This document shows, one piece after another, positions 46,961-55,741 of a stretch of 64,000 bases of DNA. The translations under genes were made by a program, and so were the position numbers. The notes beneath the pieces were generated by a model that saw only the letters and a program-made list of their open reading frames with translations, was not told where the DNA came from and searched no databases. The stretch's first letter is position 1. Every line of letters starts with the position of its first letter. Origin of the DNA: an uncultured Oscillospiraceae bacterium (lineage in GTDB: Bacteria > Bacillota > Clostridia > Oscillospirales > Acutalibacteraceae); the NCBI GenBank assembly GCA_900547445.1, contig URGJ01000001.1:53556-117555 (forward strand), written 5' to 3'.

Positions 46961-46975
46961 TGATTATTCCCACTC
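46961..46975. repeat. att core repeat B (tgATTATTCCCACTC), junction between elements 2 and 1; duplicate of the guaA 3' end
   Basis: 13/13 identity with 60048-60060, the real guaA stop region. The reverse complement reads GAGTGGGAATAA, i.e. EWE-stop. Confidence 0.7.
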
Positions 46976-47078
46976 CTAAGTATAAAACAGACTTTAACTG
47001 TTTTTGCTTAGGAATTATGACTTAATATGTTTTTATTTGGTACAGATTATCTCAATTCTATGAGGTATTTCTGCTTTT

Positions 47079-47110
47079 GCTATCAAATAGCTATCACTTG
47101 TATGCTATCA
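47079..47110. repeat. Arm-type repeats GCTATCA x3, left end of element 1
   Basis: GCTATCA at 47079, 47090 and 47104. The same motif is present twice at 59973-59990. Confidence 0.5.
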
Positions 47111-47130
47111 TAAAAGTGATTTTCTCTAAA

Positions 47131-47964
47131 TTATTTTTCTTGTAATATAATTGGCAAAAGTTGAGAAAATTTGCTAATTGTATAATCCGGTTTTATGCCA
47201 AAGGAAATGTATTGCTTTTTTAGTTCTTTTTCTCTTATGAAATCGTCCTCAGTCCAACTTGTTATGTCAACAAGCAAATCATAATAATTGTTTTTTTCTT
47301 TCGGATAATTAGCCCATACAGATGTTATATTTGCCAACTTTGCCATATATACATCTTTAGTTAAACTATCTCCAATATAAGCCGCATCACTTATACTACA
47401 ATTTTCTTGGTTGCAAATATTAATCAACACATCTTTATCAGGTTTTTTGCTTTTTACTGTAATTATTTTTTCATCCAAAGGAATATTGCTTTCGTATTCA
47501 CTTTCAGATGTATATATATGTTTAAAATACTGAGAAATTCCTAATCTTTTCAAACGATAAAAACCATTTTCTTGAGCAGATTCAGTATATCCAATTATTG
47601 TAACGCCATTCTCGAACAATCGCTTAAGCGTATCTGCAACTCCATCATATAATTGTAATTTACGTTTTCTAACGGAATTAAATTTATGAAAGGCTTCTCC
47701 CAAGATCTCTTTTATTTCTTCTTTACTTTTTCCATTATATTTGTTCAATATCGATGGTAGTTCTAACGTAGCAAAAGGATACTCAACACTACCATAACAT
47801 TGGTGTATCGACTTATATTCTTTTAAAAGAATATCTTTGTTTATTTTTGTGATGTTTACTATTTCATCTACCATTTCATAGAAAGAAGGGATAAAAAAAC
47901 CAAGCCAATCATATAGCGTATCGTCTAAATCAGTTATTATTATTTTCTTCATTTTAACCCCCAA
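47131..47964 (-). CDS. HAD-superfamily phosphatase-like protein
   Basis: Motif I IITDLDDTLYDW (DxDxT) and motif IV-like IGDSLTKD. 11-nt overlap with the upstream metallophosphoesterase gene. Confidence 0.7.
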   Translation of the reverse strand: MGVKMKKIIITDLDDTLYDWLGFFIPSFYEMVDEIVNITKINKDILLKEYKSIHQCYGSVEYPFATLELPSILNKYNGKSKEEIKEILGEAFHKFNSVRKRKLQLYDGVADTLKRLFENGVTIIGYTESAQENGFYRLKRLGISQYFKHIYTSESEYESNIPLDEKIITVKSKKPDKDVLINICNQENCSISDAAYIGDSLTKDVYMAKLANITSVWANYPKEKNNYYDLLVDITSWTEDDFIREKELKKQYISFGIKPDYTISKFSQLLPIILQEK

Positions 47965-49555
47965 AAGGTATTATATATTTGCATATAGGTTCTGTTTTTT
48001 CATTGCTACCACTAGGGAATAATTCATATATATTGAGCTTTAAGATTTTTTCTTCTATTTGAATTGTAGCAAACTGATTATTATATCCATCTGTTAAATC
48101 AGATTTAGAAGCACCTGTGCTTCCTAAGCCAATCACATAAATTGTCTTTTTTTGATCATCTTTACTTCCACATTTTCGTGTCATCTCTACATAAAAATTT
48201 TTATGAGTATGTCCGTGTAATACTAATAATATATTATTTTGTATACAGAACTGAGAAATGGCTTCACTGTCAAGTAACATTGAATACATCGGATTAACCT
48301 TAGGTTCTTCTGAATATATCACTGGCAAAAGATTATGATGCATAACTAAAATTCTCAATACATTCATTTTATCGGTCACTTTTAATGCATTCCTTAACTC
48401 AAACAACTGATTATTTCCAGCAAAACCCATTCCCCTAAAATGTTCTCGATCTTGTTGTAATATACAGGTATTTAGTGCTATTATTTCTACTAATGTGCCA
48501 TTAAGTGCAACAAATCTATGAATATTATTGTTATATTTATTAGCAGTTATGCCTTTTACCTTTTCATAGAAATCAATGTAATTATTCTTTGCTTTGTCAT
48601 AATTAAGTTCAATAGGCGAATTGTCTTCGTAGTCTTTTTCAGAATATTTCATATCGTGATTGCCAGGACAAAATATATATGATTCGCCATCTGTTCCATA
48701 ACCACTTGTCATTTGACAGAAAAATTTTTTTGCTTCTGCAAACTCTTTTTCATCAGCAGAAAAGGTAAAATCCCCTGATACAATAACTTTTGAAAATTTT
48801 TTAAATTTTATTGAATCCAACTTGTTTTTTAAAATATCAAATATTTGGTTGTTACTGCCAACAGATTTTTTGAAAGCAAAATGATTGTCAGAGAAGTGTA
48901 AATCAGAAAGCCATAGTAATTGATTGGTGTTAGCTATAGAAAAGGATGTTTCAACATTTCCGTTTCCCGGAGCATATGAAACAATTTGTCGATTTTCATC
49001 ATCAGTTTTAGCTTTTCTTAAAAACCAAATGGTACATTGTTGTTCAATCAACTCATTTAAATTATAAACCTTTTTATTATTAAAAACAGAAAACGGAGAC
49101 GTTTTACTTGCAAAATGCTCATCAACTTGTACATAAGAATAATTGTTAATGTATTTGTCAGGACTATCTATAGGTTCGGATATCTTGTCGAACTTGAACC
49201 ACATTAAATATTCATTTTTATTGTAATACGCAGGTGTTGCATTCTTTTGTGGTGAAGGGATAGGATTATTGAAATCAAATTTTATATCTATACATTGTGC
49301 CCTTCTAAGTTCACTTCTACCTGAATCAAGTAAAAACACTTCAAAATGTGTATCACTAACAGCTTTTTCTGCTAATGATTTGAAGACTTCAAGCGCAACT
49401 TTTTCTTGTGGCTTCGCCCACCATCCCCACCAAACAAAACCTTTTGCTGCAATTTTATCATTGTGTATCTTGATCGTGTTTTTTGAAGACAAATCTCTAT
49501 ATCTTAGTACTATTGTTTCAATTTCGCAACCCAAGATCGTGTCACATCCTTTCAT
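47954..49555 (-). CDS. Calcineurin-like metallophosphoesterase with ~200-aa N-terminal domain of unknown function
   Basis: Metallophosphoesterase motifs LWLSDLHFS (D-x-H), VIVSGDF (GD), FCPGNHD (GNHD), VMHHN, LVLHGHTH (GH-x-H). 14-nt overlap with the upstream 656-aa gene. Confidence 0.75.
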   Translation of the reverse strand: MKGCDTILGCEIETIVLRYRDLSSKNTIKIHNDKIAAKGFVWWGWWAKPQEKVALEVFKSLAEKAVSDTHFEVFLLDSGRSELRRAQCIDIKFDFNNPIPSPQKNATPAYYNKNEYLMWFKFDKISEPIDSPDKYINNYSYVQVDEHFASKTSPFSVFNNKKVYNLNELIEQQCTIWFLRKAKTDDENRQIVSYAPGNGNVETSFSIANTNQLLWLSDLHFSDNHFAFKKSVGSNNQIFDILKNKLDSIKFKKFSKVIVSGDFTFSADEKEFAEAKKFFCQMTSGYGTDGESYIFCPGNHDMKYSEKDYEDNSPIELNYDKAKNNYIDFYEKVKGITANKYNNNIHRFVALNGTLVEIIALNTCILQQDREHFRGMGFAGNNQLFELRNALKVTDKMNVLRILVMHHNLLPVIYSEEPKVNPMYSMLLDSEAISQFCIQNNILLVLHGHTHKNFYVEMTRKCGSKDDQKKTIYVIGLGSTGASKSDLTDGYNNQFATIQIEEKILKLNIYELFPSGSNEKTEPICKYIIPFGG

Positions 49556-51512
49556 TTATACAGCTTTCATACCACTCGTGAGGGAGTAAAGTCGAATTAA
49601 AAGCAGCTTCAAATAACGGGTACAATTCTTTATATGTTTTGCCGTTAGACACAATTTTCTTTAACTCCGATGTTTGCAGCGGAATGATTTTCATTCCTGC
49701 TACAGACTTTGAATAGTCTTGTGGATCATAAAACGGCGTTGTTTTTCTGCTACGAAAATCAGAAATAACATTTATGTTAAGATAGTTTGTAGCAAATACG
49801 CAGTAAGAATTCATATTACCGCTGCGTATTAAATGCATGCCCAAATGTCTTGATACCGGTTCCATTTCCATTCTACGTTGGTTTGTACTGTCGGCAAGTG
49901 TTGCTTCGAGCAAAAGTGTATGTTCAGGATAGTACTCGGTTGCCTCATATTCATAAACTATATCTGCCTCGCCACCGGCTGCGTGAGTTTTAGGTAGTAA
50001 ATCAGCATCCAGCGAGAGCTTCATATAATCAAGAATCTTACCGTGCCTTTCACTTGCTTTGTACCACAAAATACCAAGCACATATTCAAAAATCGTAGGT
50101 ACATCGGCATTATCGGTAACCATACTTCTGATTTCATCATCATTTCTGGTTTCAAAGCAATCCAAAAGTGACAATATCTTGTCATCAGTAAATTTAGTAT
50201 CTATAAGGTGCTGTAATCTCTGGTAGCGTGTATCCTCCAAAGCAGCACGGGCCGATTGCATATCAGAAACATTTATGCCGAGTTCTTCATTAATTCCTGC
50301 AACAATAGTGTCATCATCAACTATGAGACATTCTGATATTTCTGGCATATCACAATCTTCATACAGCAATTCAGAAGAAGTAAATGCATCTTGATATAAT
50401 TTCGCTGCTACTGATTTGAAAAAGTGTTTCGGCACTATATCAAATTTTATAGTATCATCCTCAAATAACACTACATCCGTTGTTTTAATATACCTACGAT
50501 TAAGGTCAAGATAGTCTGAAAGCGTGGCTTTAGCCTTAAATAAGTGCATTATTTTAAAGAAAGCAATTTTGAAGGTGTTTTCATCTTCAACTTCGTTAAA
50601 TAGGGTTGTTTTCAAATGTGCCACAGGATGGTTACTAATTGCCTTTTCAGAGGTGGTATCAAATAAATAATTGCGCCACCATTTCCCTATTTTTATATCT
50701 CTTGTTGCATCATAAATAGATATCAAGTTATCTATATCATTCAATACGAAAACTCGGTGTAATGCTTGATACAATTTAAAATACGACTTATCGTATTGTC
50801 GACTTTTTCTGTTGAGTCCTATTTCACATATCAACTCTTCTGTAACTTCATTATCAATAAAATAATCCAAAGCCGTTTTGTAATTAAGCATTCCCATCAA
50901 TCGATTTACAATGATTTCATCAATAGATATATTTCTGCAACGCAATTTGGATATACCGTCAATAATTTCGTTCGTTTCTGTTTCGCCAATGCAAAGAGGT
51001 AAAAGATATGTATATTCATCAAGTGTTAAATAATCAAATTTATTCAACAAATGAATCAATACCATAAATGGTCGCACAGTGTGTCCGTCCACATTATAAT
51101 ATGTTTTCAGCAATTGCTTCAAATAGATATAGCTGTCTTTTGCTATTTGAAATTGATTATCAGAAGAAAAATCATTTTCTGAAGTGATTTTAAGCAGTGC
51201 TTTACCGGCATTGCTCAGTTTTCTTCCATCATCTATTAACCCAATATCAACTAAGCCTGAAGTTTTTTCACGAGCGTCTTTTGGTTTGTTTCCGGCATTG
51301 CCTTCAACAAAGTCTTTAGATTGCATAAAATCATAATAACGAGTTTGTAAATCTTTATTTCCCGACCAGCTTTTACTCTTATTCTCTTCAAGCTTCCAAA
51401 ACTCATCTAACAACGAAAGTTGTTCTTCAATAGTTTTATTGAAATTTTTTGTTCTAAAGCTGGTTGTTCCCAGACTCCAGCAAAAGCTTTTATACGGAAT
51501 CACATTCGGCAT
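49542..51512 (-). CDS. Large hypothetical protein (656 aa), candidate restriction endonuclease of the two-methylase (type IIS-like) R-M system
   Basis: Position immediately downstream of two D12-class m6A methylases and a C-protein. Size is typical of AlwI/BstNBI-type type IIS enzymes. No catalytic motif confidently recognised. Confidence 0.35.
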   Translation of the reverse strand: MPNVIPYKSFCWSLGTTSFRTKNFNKTIEEQLSLLDEFWKLEENKSKSWSGNKDLQTRYYDFMQSKDFVEGNAGNKPKDAREKTSGLVDIGLIDDGRKLSNAGKALLKITSENDFSSDNQFQIAKDSYIYLKQLLKTYYNVDGHTVRPFMVLIHLLNKFDYLTLDEYTYLLPLCIGETETNEIIDGISKLRCRNISIDEIIVNRLMGMLNYKTALDYFIDNEVTEELICEIGLNRKSRQYDKSYFKLYQALHRVFVLNDIDNLISIYDATRDIKIGKWWRNYLFDTTSEKAISNHPVAHLKTTLFNEVEDENTFKIAFFKIMHLFKAKATLSDYLDLNRRYIKTTDVVLFEDDTIKFDIVPKHFFKSVAAKLYQDAFTSSELLYEDCDMPEISECLIVDDDTIVAGINEELGINVSDMQSARAALEDTRYQRLQHLIDTKFTDDKILSLLDCFETRNDDEIRSMVTDNADVPTIFEYVLGILWYKASERHGKILDYMKLSLDADLLPKTHAAGGEADIVYEYEATEYYPEHTLLLEATLADSTNQRRMEMEPVSRHLGMHLIRSGNMNSYCVFATNYLNINVISDFRSRKTTPFYDPQDYSKSVAGMKIIPLQTSELKKIVSNGKTYKELYPLFEAAFNSTLLPHEWYESCINERM

Positions 51513-51525
51513 AACCGTACTCTCC

Positions 51526-52446
51526 TCAATAATTTGTTATTAGGACTTCCTCGGTAACGGAGGACTTATCTTTAGTTTGATAATTTGAATTCGAGTAGCT
51601 ATAATTGAGTCGTATTGCCTTATATTTTTCTGCGTTTTTTTCAAGCCACTCAATTAAAATACTGTTTTCCTTACCTTTACTTCTCAATACGTTCGATAAA
51701 GCAAATCGAATATTCCTATCATTCAATTCGTCTAAAAAAGAGAGTAGGTCTTTTTCATCTTCTTCACTCCAACCGCCTTGCTCGTTGTATGTGGCACAAG
51801 TAATCAAGTATGGCGGGTCAACATATACAAAATCCTTTGATGTTAACTTCGATGTATCAAATTCTCTAAAGTCACAGCAGGTAAAGATACAGTTTTGTTC
51901 TTGGATTTTGTCAATAAAATCAATGAGTTTTTGTTCCATCTTTTTATTGAAATCTCTTTTTCCAACCGGTAAATTAAACTCGCCGTTTGAATTAAATCGA
52001 ATTTGATTATTAAATGCATATACGATTATTACATAAAGCATAACGTAGTAATAATAATCAAAGTTTTCATTTGCATGTTTTTGATTAAAATCTGCACGCA
52101 GCTTTAAATATCCTTCTCTGTTATAATTACCAAGTCCTTTGCTGCTTTCACAACCGTAATAGTCATATCCGTGTTCACTCACAAGTGACAAGTTATACTT
52201 TTCTATAATTTCATAAATCCATTCTAAAATGGATTCTTTATCAAGATTCTTAAACGTATTATACAAATAAAGTAGGTTTTCATTTAAATCATTATAAATA
52301 ACTCGGTTGCAATCAACATTGATACCAACATTACATCCACCGCAAAATAAGTCTACAAACACATCTATGTCTTTTGGAAAAAGCGGCAATATTTGAGGTA
52401 ACAATTTATATTTGCCGCCGGTATAATTAAGCGGTGATTGTATCAT
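51526..52446 (-). CDS. D12-class (Dam/DpnM-like) N6-adenine DNA methyltransferase, M1
   Basis: N-terminal LNYTGGKYKLLPQI, the F.GG AdoMet motif DLFCGGCNVG, and catalytic DPPY in VYVDPPY. Confidence 0.85.
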   Translation of the reverse strand: MIQSPLNYTGGKYKLLPQILPLFPKDIDVFVDLFCGGCNVGINVDCNRVIYNDLNENLLYLYNTFKNLDKESILEWIYEIIEKYNLSLVSEHGYDYYGCESSKGLGNYNREGYLKLRADFNQKHANENFDYYYYVMLYVIIVYAFNNQIRFNSNGEFNLPVGKRDFNKKMEQKLIDFIDKIQEQNCIFTCCDFREFDTSKLTSKDFVYVDPPYLITCATYNEQGGWSEEDEKDLLSFLDELNDRNIRFALSNVLRSKGKENSILIEWLEKNAEKYKAIRLNYSYSNSNYQTKDKSSVTEEVLITNY

Positions 52447-52451
52447 CTAAT

Positions 52452-53513
52452 TTACTCCTCGTTAAAACAAATACACAAAAATAATCTTTCGGCATTTTCT
52501 GAAATGTCAGATTTTCCGGTTGTAAATGCTTTGTAGCTTTCTTCAAAAACCTTTACAGTTCCTTTTTGACTCAGTATTCTCATAATATCATCGTCGGAAA
52601 TCTTGGCATTAGAACGGCAATTTCCTTTTTCAGCCATATTATTATATGAAAGTAGAATGTATTTGGCTTTAATATCGTTTATCAGTGTTTCAAATGCTTT
52701 TGTTGCTCCGATTGTACAATATTTACTCTTCATTCCGCTTCTATCCATCTTCTTGGCGACACCAAAAACCTCTGGTTTTTCCCAACGTGCAACATTTTCA
52801 AGCAAATGATATGAATCACAATATTGTCTTGAATTATATGGCGGATCTATATAAACGAGGTCAGCCTCAATCCTCTTAACAAGGTTATTGGCATCCTCAT
52901 TAAAGCATTGATTTTTGGGATTGTTGTTAACTTCAGCCAAGGGAACATAAAGTTCCAACGAACCTTCGAATTTTGCCCCCTTTCTGTATGCATCGTAATG
53001 CCCGCAGGTTACAGCAATTTTATCCATTGCATAAAGCAGTGATGTTATTAAGATTGCTCTTTCTCGATTATTTAAATTGCCTTTTTTATAATTTCGTTCT
53101 ATATCCTCTCGAATATATCCGATTTTAGCGCAATCTTTTTTACTGAAATAGGTATCTGCAAAATTGCGTGTCATATAATTTTCCTCACAATTAGTTTTTG
53201 CATTGTACCTAACAACATAATCAATTATTTTTTGTTGATCATAGCTTTCAGCACCAAACCAAGCAAAATTGCAAATATAGTTGCTATACATCAAATCATT
53301 TGTAATAAGTGTCTTATCTGCAAAAGCAGAAGAAACTGCACCGGTTCCCGCAAAAATATCTGCAACTGTTTCAATATCGGCGCATTCATCATTTACAACG
53401 CCGGTGATAAACGAAAGCAACTTATATTTATTTCCTAAATAACGTCTATTGTTTATCAATGAGGTTTTATAAGTATTTTCAGTTGCAGTCATTGCAAATC
53501 CTCCAACAATCAT
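52452..53513 (-). CDS. D12-class N6-adenine DNA methyltransferase, M2 (DpnA-like)
   Basis: YLGNKYKLLSFI, DIFAGTGAVS, and catalytic VYIDPPYN. Confidence 0.8.
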   Translation of the reverse strand: MIVGGFAMTATENTYKTSLINNRRYLGNKYKLLSFITGVVNDECADIETVADIFAGTGAVSSAFADKTLITNDLMYSNYICNFAWFGAESYDQQKIIDYVVRYNAKTNCEENYMTRNFADTYFSKKDCAKIGYIREDIERNYKKGNLNNRERAILITSLLYAMDKIAVTCGHYDAYRKGAKFEGSLELYVPLAEVNNNPKNQCFNEDANNLVKRIEADLVYIDPPYNSRQYCDSYHLLENVARWEKPEVFGVAKKMDRSGMKSKYCTIGATKAFETLINDIKAKYILLSYNNMAEKGNCRSNAKISDDDIMRILSQKGTVKVFEESYKAFTTGKSDISENAERLFLCICFNEE

Positions 53514-53583
53514 CTTTATCTATCTATAATTATACTAAATATTTAGATTATATCAAATACAGTGTCCAATAAATCGTACTCTT

Positions 53584-53790
53584 TCAAATTCCGTCAAACA
53601 GTTCCGAAAGAGATATTTCTAATCCATTGGCTATTTTTTCAATGTTAACGATAGAAATATTACGTTTTCCAAGTTCAACGCTTGCAAAATAAGTTCTATC
53701 CATACCTATTTTTTGAGCAAATTTTTCTTGACTCAATCCGGTATGACTTCTTAACTCTCGTATTCTATTACCAATTTTATCTGTAATCAT
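53584..53790 (-). CDS. Controller (C) protein, XRE-family HTH, of the R-M operon
   Basis: 68-aa HTH_3 protein IRELRSHTGLSQEKFAQKIGMDRTYFASVELGKRNISIVNIEKIA, 70 nt upstream of the first methylase on the same strand. Confidence 0.65.
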   Translation of the reverse strand: MITDKIGNRIRELRSHTGLSQEKFAQKIGMDRTYFASVELGKRNISIVNIEKIANGLEISLSELFDGI

Positions 53791-53884
53791 AATGTACCCT
53801 CGATATTAAATTGCACATACCGCAGACTATATTTATACAGTTTAATTATATGTTTAATCCGCAAATAAGTCAACTGTTTTTAAG

Positions 53885-53916
53885 CAACAAAAAATCGGCA
53901 GGGATTGCTCCCTGCC
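53885..53916 (-). terminator. Rho-independent terminator after tnpV copy 2
   Basis: Stem ggcaggga (53897-53904) / tccctgcc (53909-53916) with 4-nt loop. On the minus strand it is followed by GATTTTTTGTTG. Confidence 0.6.
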
Positions 53917-53926
53917 GCTGTTGTGT

Positions 53927-54307
53927 TTATACTGTGTAAATCAGTTCTGCATTTACAATTTCTGTTGATCTATTACGGATATTGTTCATCTTTTGAACCC
54001 ACAACATCATATCGGTTGATTTGAGTTCTTCGGTTACATTTTCTTTTTCGGCTAAGTCTTTTACAAGCCGAGAAAAAAGGTCTTGAGCCTGCTGTTCAAT
54101 ATCTACAAGATATGAATTGAGCTTACCGCTTGTCAGCAAATTGTAGTAACGTACCTTATGGTGTTGCTTCAAATATCGTTTATGCCTCATTCCCCAAACG
54201 CCGATATTCGCTTCCTTTTCTTCTTCCGCCGGTAATAAATCGGGCAACATATAGTCGCCCACCTGCGTATAAGTACCGCCTTGCTTTTCAAAAATTGTGT
54301 TTGCCAT
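53927..54307 (-). CDS. tnpV: TnpV-like protein, copy 2
   Basis: Paralogue of 41339..41716. Confidence 0.55.
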   Translation of the reverse strand: MANTIFEKQGGTYTQVGDYMLPDLLPAEEEKEANIGVWGMRHKRYLKQHHKVRYYNLLTSGKLNSYLVDIEQQAQDLFSRLVKDLAEKENVTEELKSTDMMLWVQKMNNIRNRSTEIVNAELIYTV

Positions 54308-54331
54308 TTTGTTTTACCTCCAAAAATTTAT

Positions 54332-55492
54332 TTATCTCGAGCGTGGATTTTCACGCTTACGACCTTTAATATTTCTTGCCTGTTCAAGCAACTCGTCAAT
54401 CTGTTTATGCCCGAAAGCCTTACGCAAAAGCTTGTAATCTTTGACCTCCGAACGCAAATTTTCGTTTTCGCTTTTCAGCTTGCTGTTGATTTTAGACAAC
54501 ATTTCGTTCTCACGATATAGGTTGCCATTTGTAATATTTAGCCTGTGGTAATTGTCCCAACCCTCAAAACAACGAGCCAATGCAGTCTTAATTAACGCTT
54601 TTAATTTTTGAATAAGCGGCTCTGCAATTTTAGTTTTATATGCTTTTACAGACATAAAACCTTGCGGCTCGGACAGTTGATATTCGGGTGCATTATCAAG
54701 CATTTCTTCCACATTTCTTAAGTTTTCCAAACCATCATCATAGTTTAACACTCGCTCGGATAACACATTGAATTCAGTCTGTTTTTCTTCGATTTTAGCA
54801 CCTAACTGTTCAAGTTCCGTCGCTCGCTCTTGCTTTTTATAATCAAGAACAGACAAATGTTTTTCGTGCGAGCCTTTATGTTCCCACTCAATTCCGTGCC
54901 GTTCCATTACGAAAGCTAAAGCGGACTTTTCTACGCTTACCCATTGATTCCACTCGGTATCTCCACGAGTTCCGCCCTTGAAACCTTGTGCGGCTAACGC
55001 TTGTTTGAGACTTACTCTCGTATCAAGTCCACGCTTGCTTCCGGTTGTGAACGGAACAAAATCAATATGCAAATGGGGCGTCGCCTCGTCCATATGCAGA
55101 TGAGCAGAGAACACTTTTAGGTTGGGATTTCGCTCTTGAAATCCACGGTAATACTCATCTAAAACCTGCCGTGCAAGCTGTCCGTTTTCGCTTTCGGCAC
55201 TCATATTTTCCTTATCGCCAATCTGCAAAATCAGTTCGTGAAACGGTTTTTCTTGCTTAGAATTTCTGATTTTTTCATAGTAATTTTCTATTCTACGGTC
55301 GGCTCTTGTCTGTTTTTCGTTGTATCTTTTTAGCGCTTCATCAAACAATTCGTGATAGATTTTCTTTATCGGCTCGTTACAGTAATCAATGTTCAAATGC
55401 GTTCTGCTACCATCAACATTTTCCGCCTTGAACTTGCGGCTGTTATGATTGACCGAGCCTTTACCCACCATTGCGCTTATCGTTCTTTGCAT
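54332..55492 (-). CDS. mob: MobV/Pre-family relaxase, copy 2
   Basis: MQRTISAMVGKGSVNHNSRKF ... HLHMDEATPHLHIDFVPF. GGAGG RBS 9 nt before the ATG at 55492; the track ORF start at 55663 is a spurious extension. Confidence 0.85.
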   Translation of the reverse strand: MQRTISAMVGKGSVNHNSRKFKAENVDGSRTHLNIDYCNEPIKKIYHELFDEALKRYNEKQTRADRRIENYYEKIRNSKQEKPFHELILQIGDKENMSAESENGQLARQVLDEYYRGFQERNPNLKVFSAHLHMDEATPHLHIDFVPFTTGSKRGLDTRVSLKQALAAQGFKGGTRGDTEWNQWVSVEKSALAFVMERHGIEWEHKGSHEKHLSVLDYKKQERATELEQLGAKIEEKQTEFNVLSERVLNYDDGLENLRNVEEMLDNAPEYQLSEPQGFMSVKAYKTKIAEPLIQKLKALIKTALARCFEGWDNYHRLNITNGNLYRENEMLSKINSKLKSENENLRSEVKDYKLLRKAFGHKQIDELLEQARNIKGRKRENPRSR

Positions 55493-55529
55493 TATATACA
55501 CCTCCAATCTCATAAACTTGCTCGTCCTC

Positions 55530-55575
55530 GGTTCTGTTACTCTTGTCAAGAGTAACGCAAAAGCACTTTTGACAG
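55530..55575. promoter_or_regulatory. Putative oriT, copy 2 (identical 46-nt block)
   Basis: Identical to 42941-42986. Confidence 0.5.
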
Positions 55576-55741
55576 GCAAGCCCATCAAAAATGCAACCTG
55601 CAAGCAGGTTTTGCGCTCTCCGAGGGGCAAAGAGCCGCCTTTGAAAAGGCACTCTCTGCACACTCCGCTAAACTTTATCTGTGTCGGTCTGTGTCGATAG
55701 TGACGGTGATTTTGTCACCGCCTAAAACAGCGACACAACCG

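Noticed and set aside
53791-53880. Putative C-box quasi-palindromes upstream of the controller gene
   Set aside because: Symmetry is weak (ACTATAtttaTAcAGT) and sits in very AT-rich DNA where such patterns arise easily. Mentioned only within the R-M finding.
55493-55663. 171-nt N-terminal extension of the second relaxase ORF (MCRECLFKGG...)
   Set aside because: A GGAGG RBS and the conserved MQRTISAMVG start lie at 55492. The extension overlaps the conserved oriT block.
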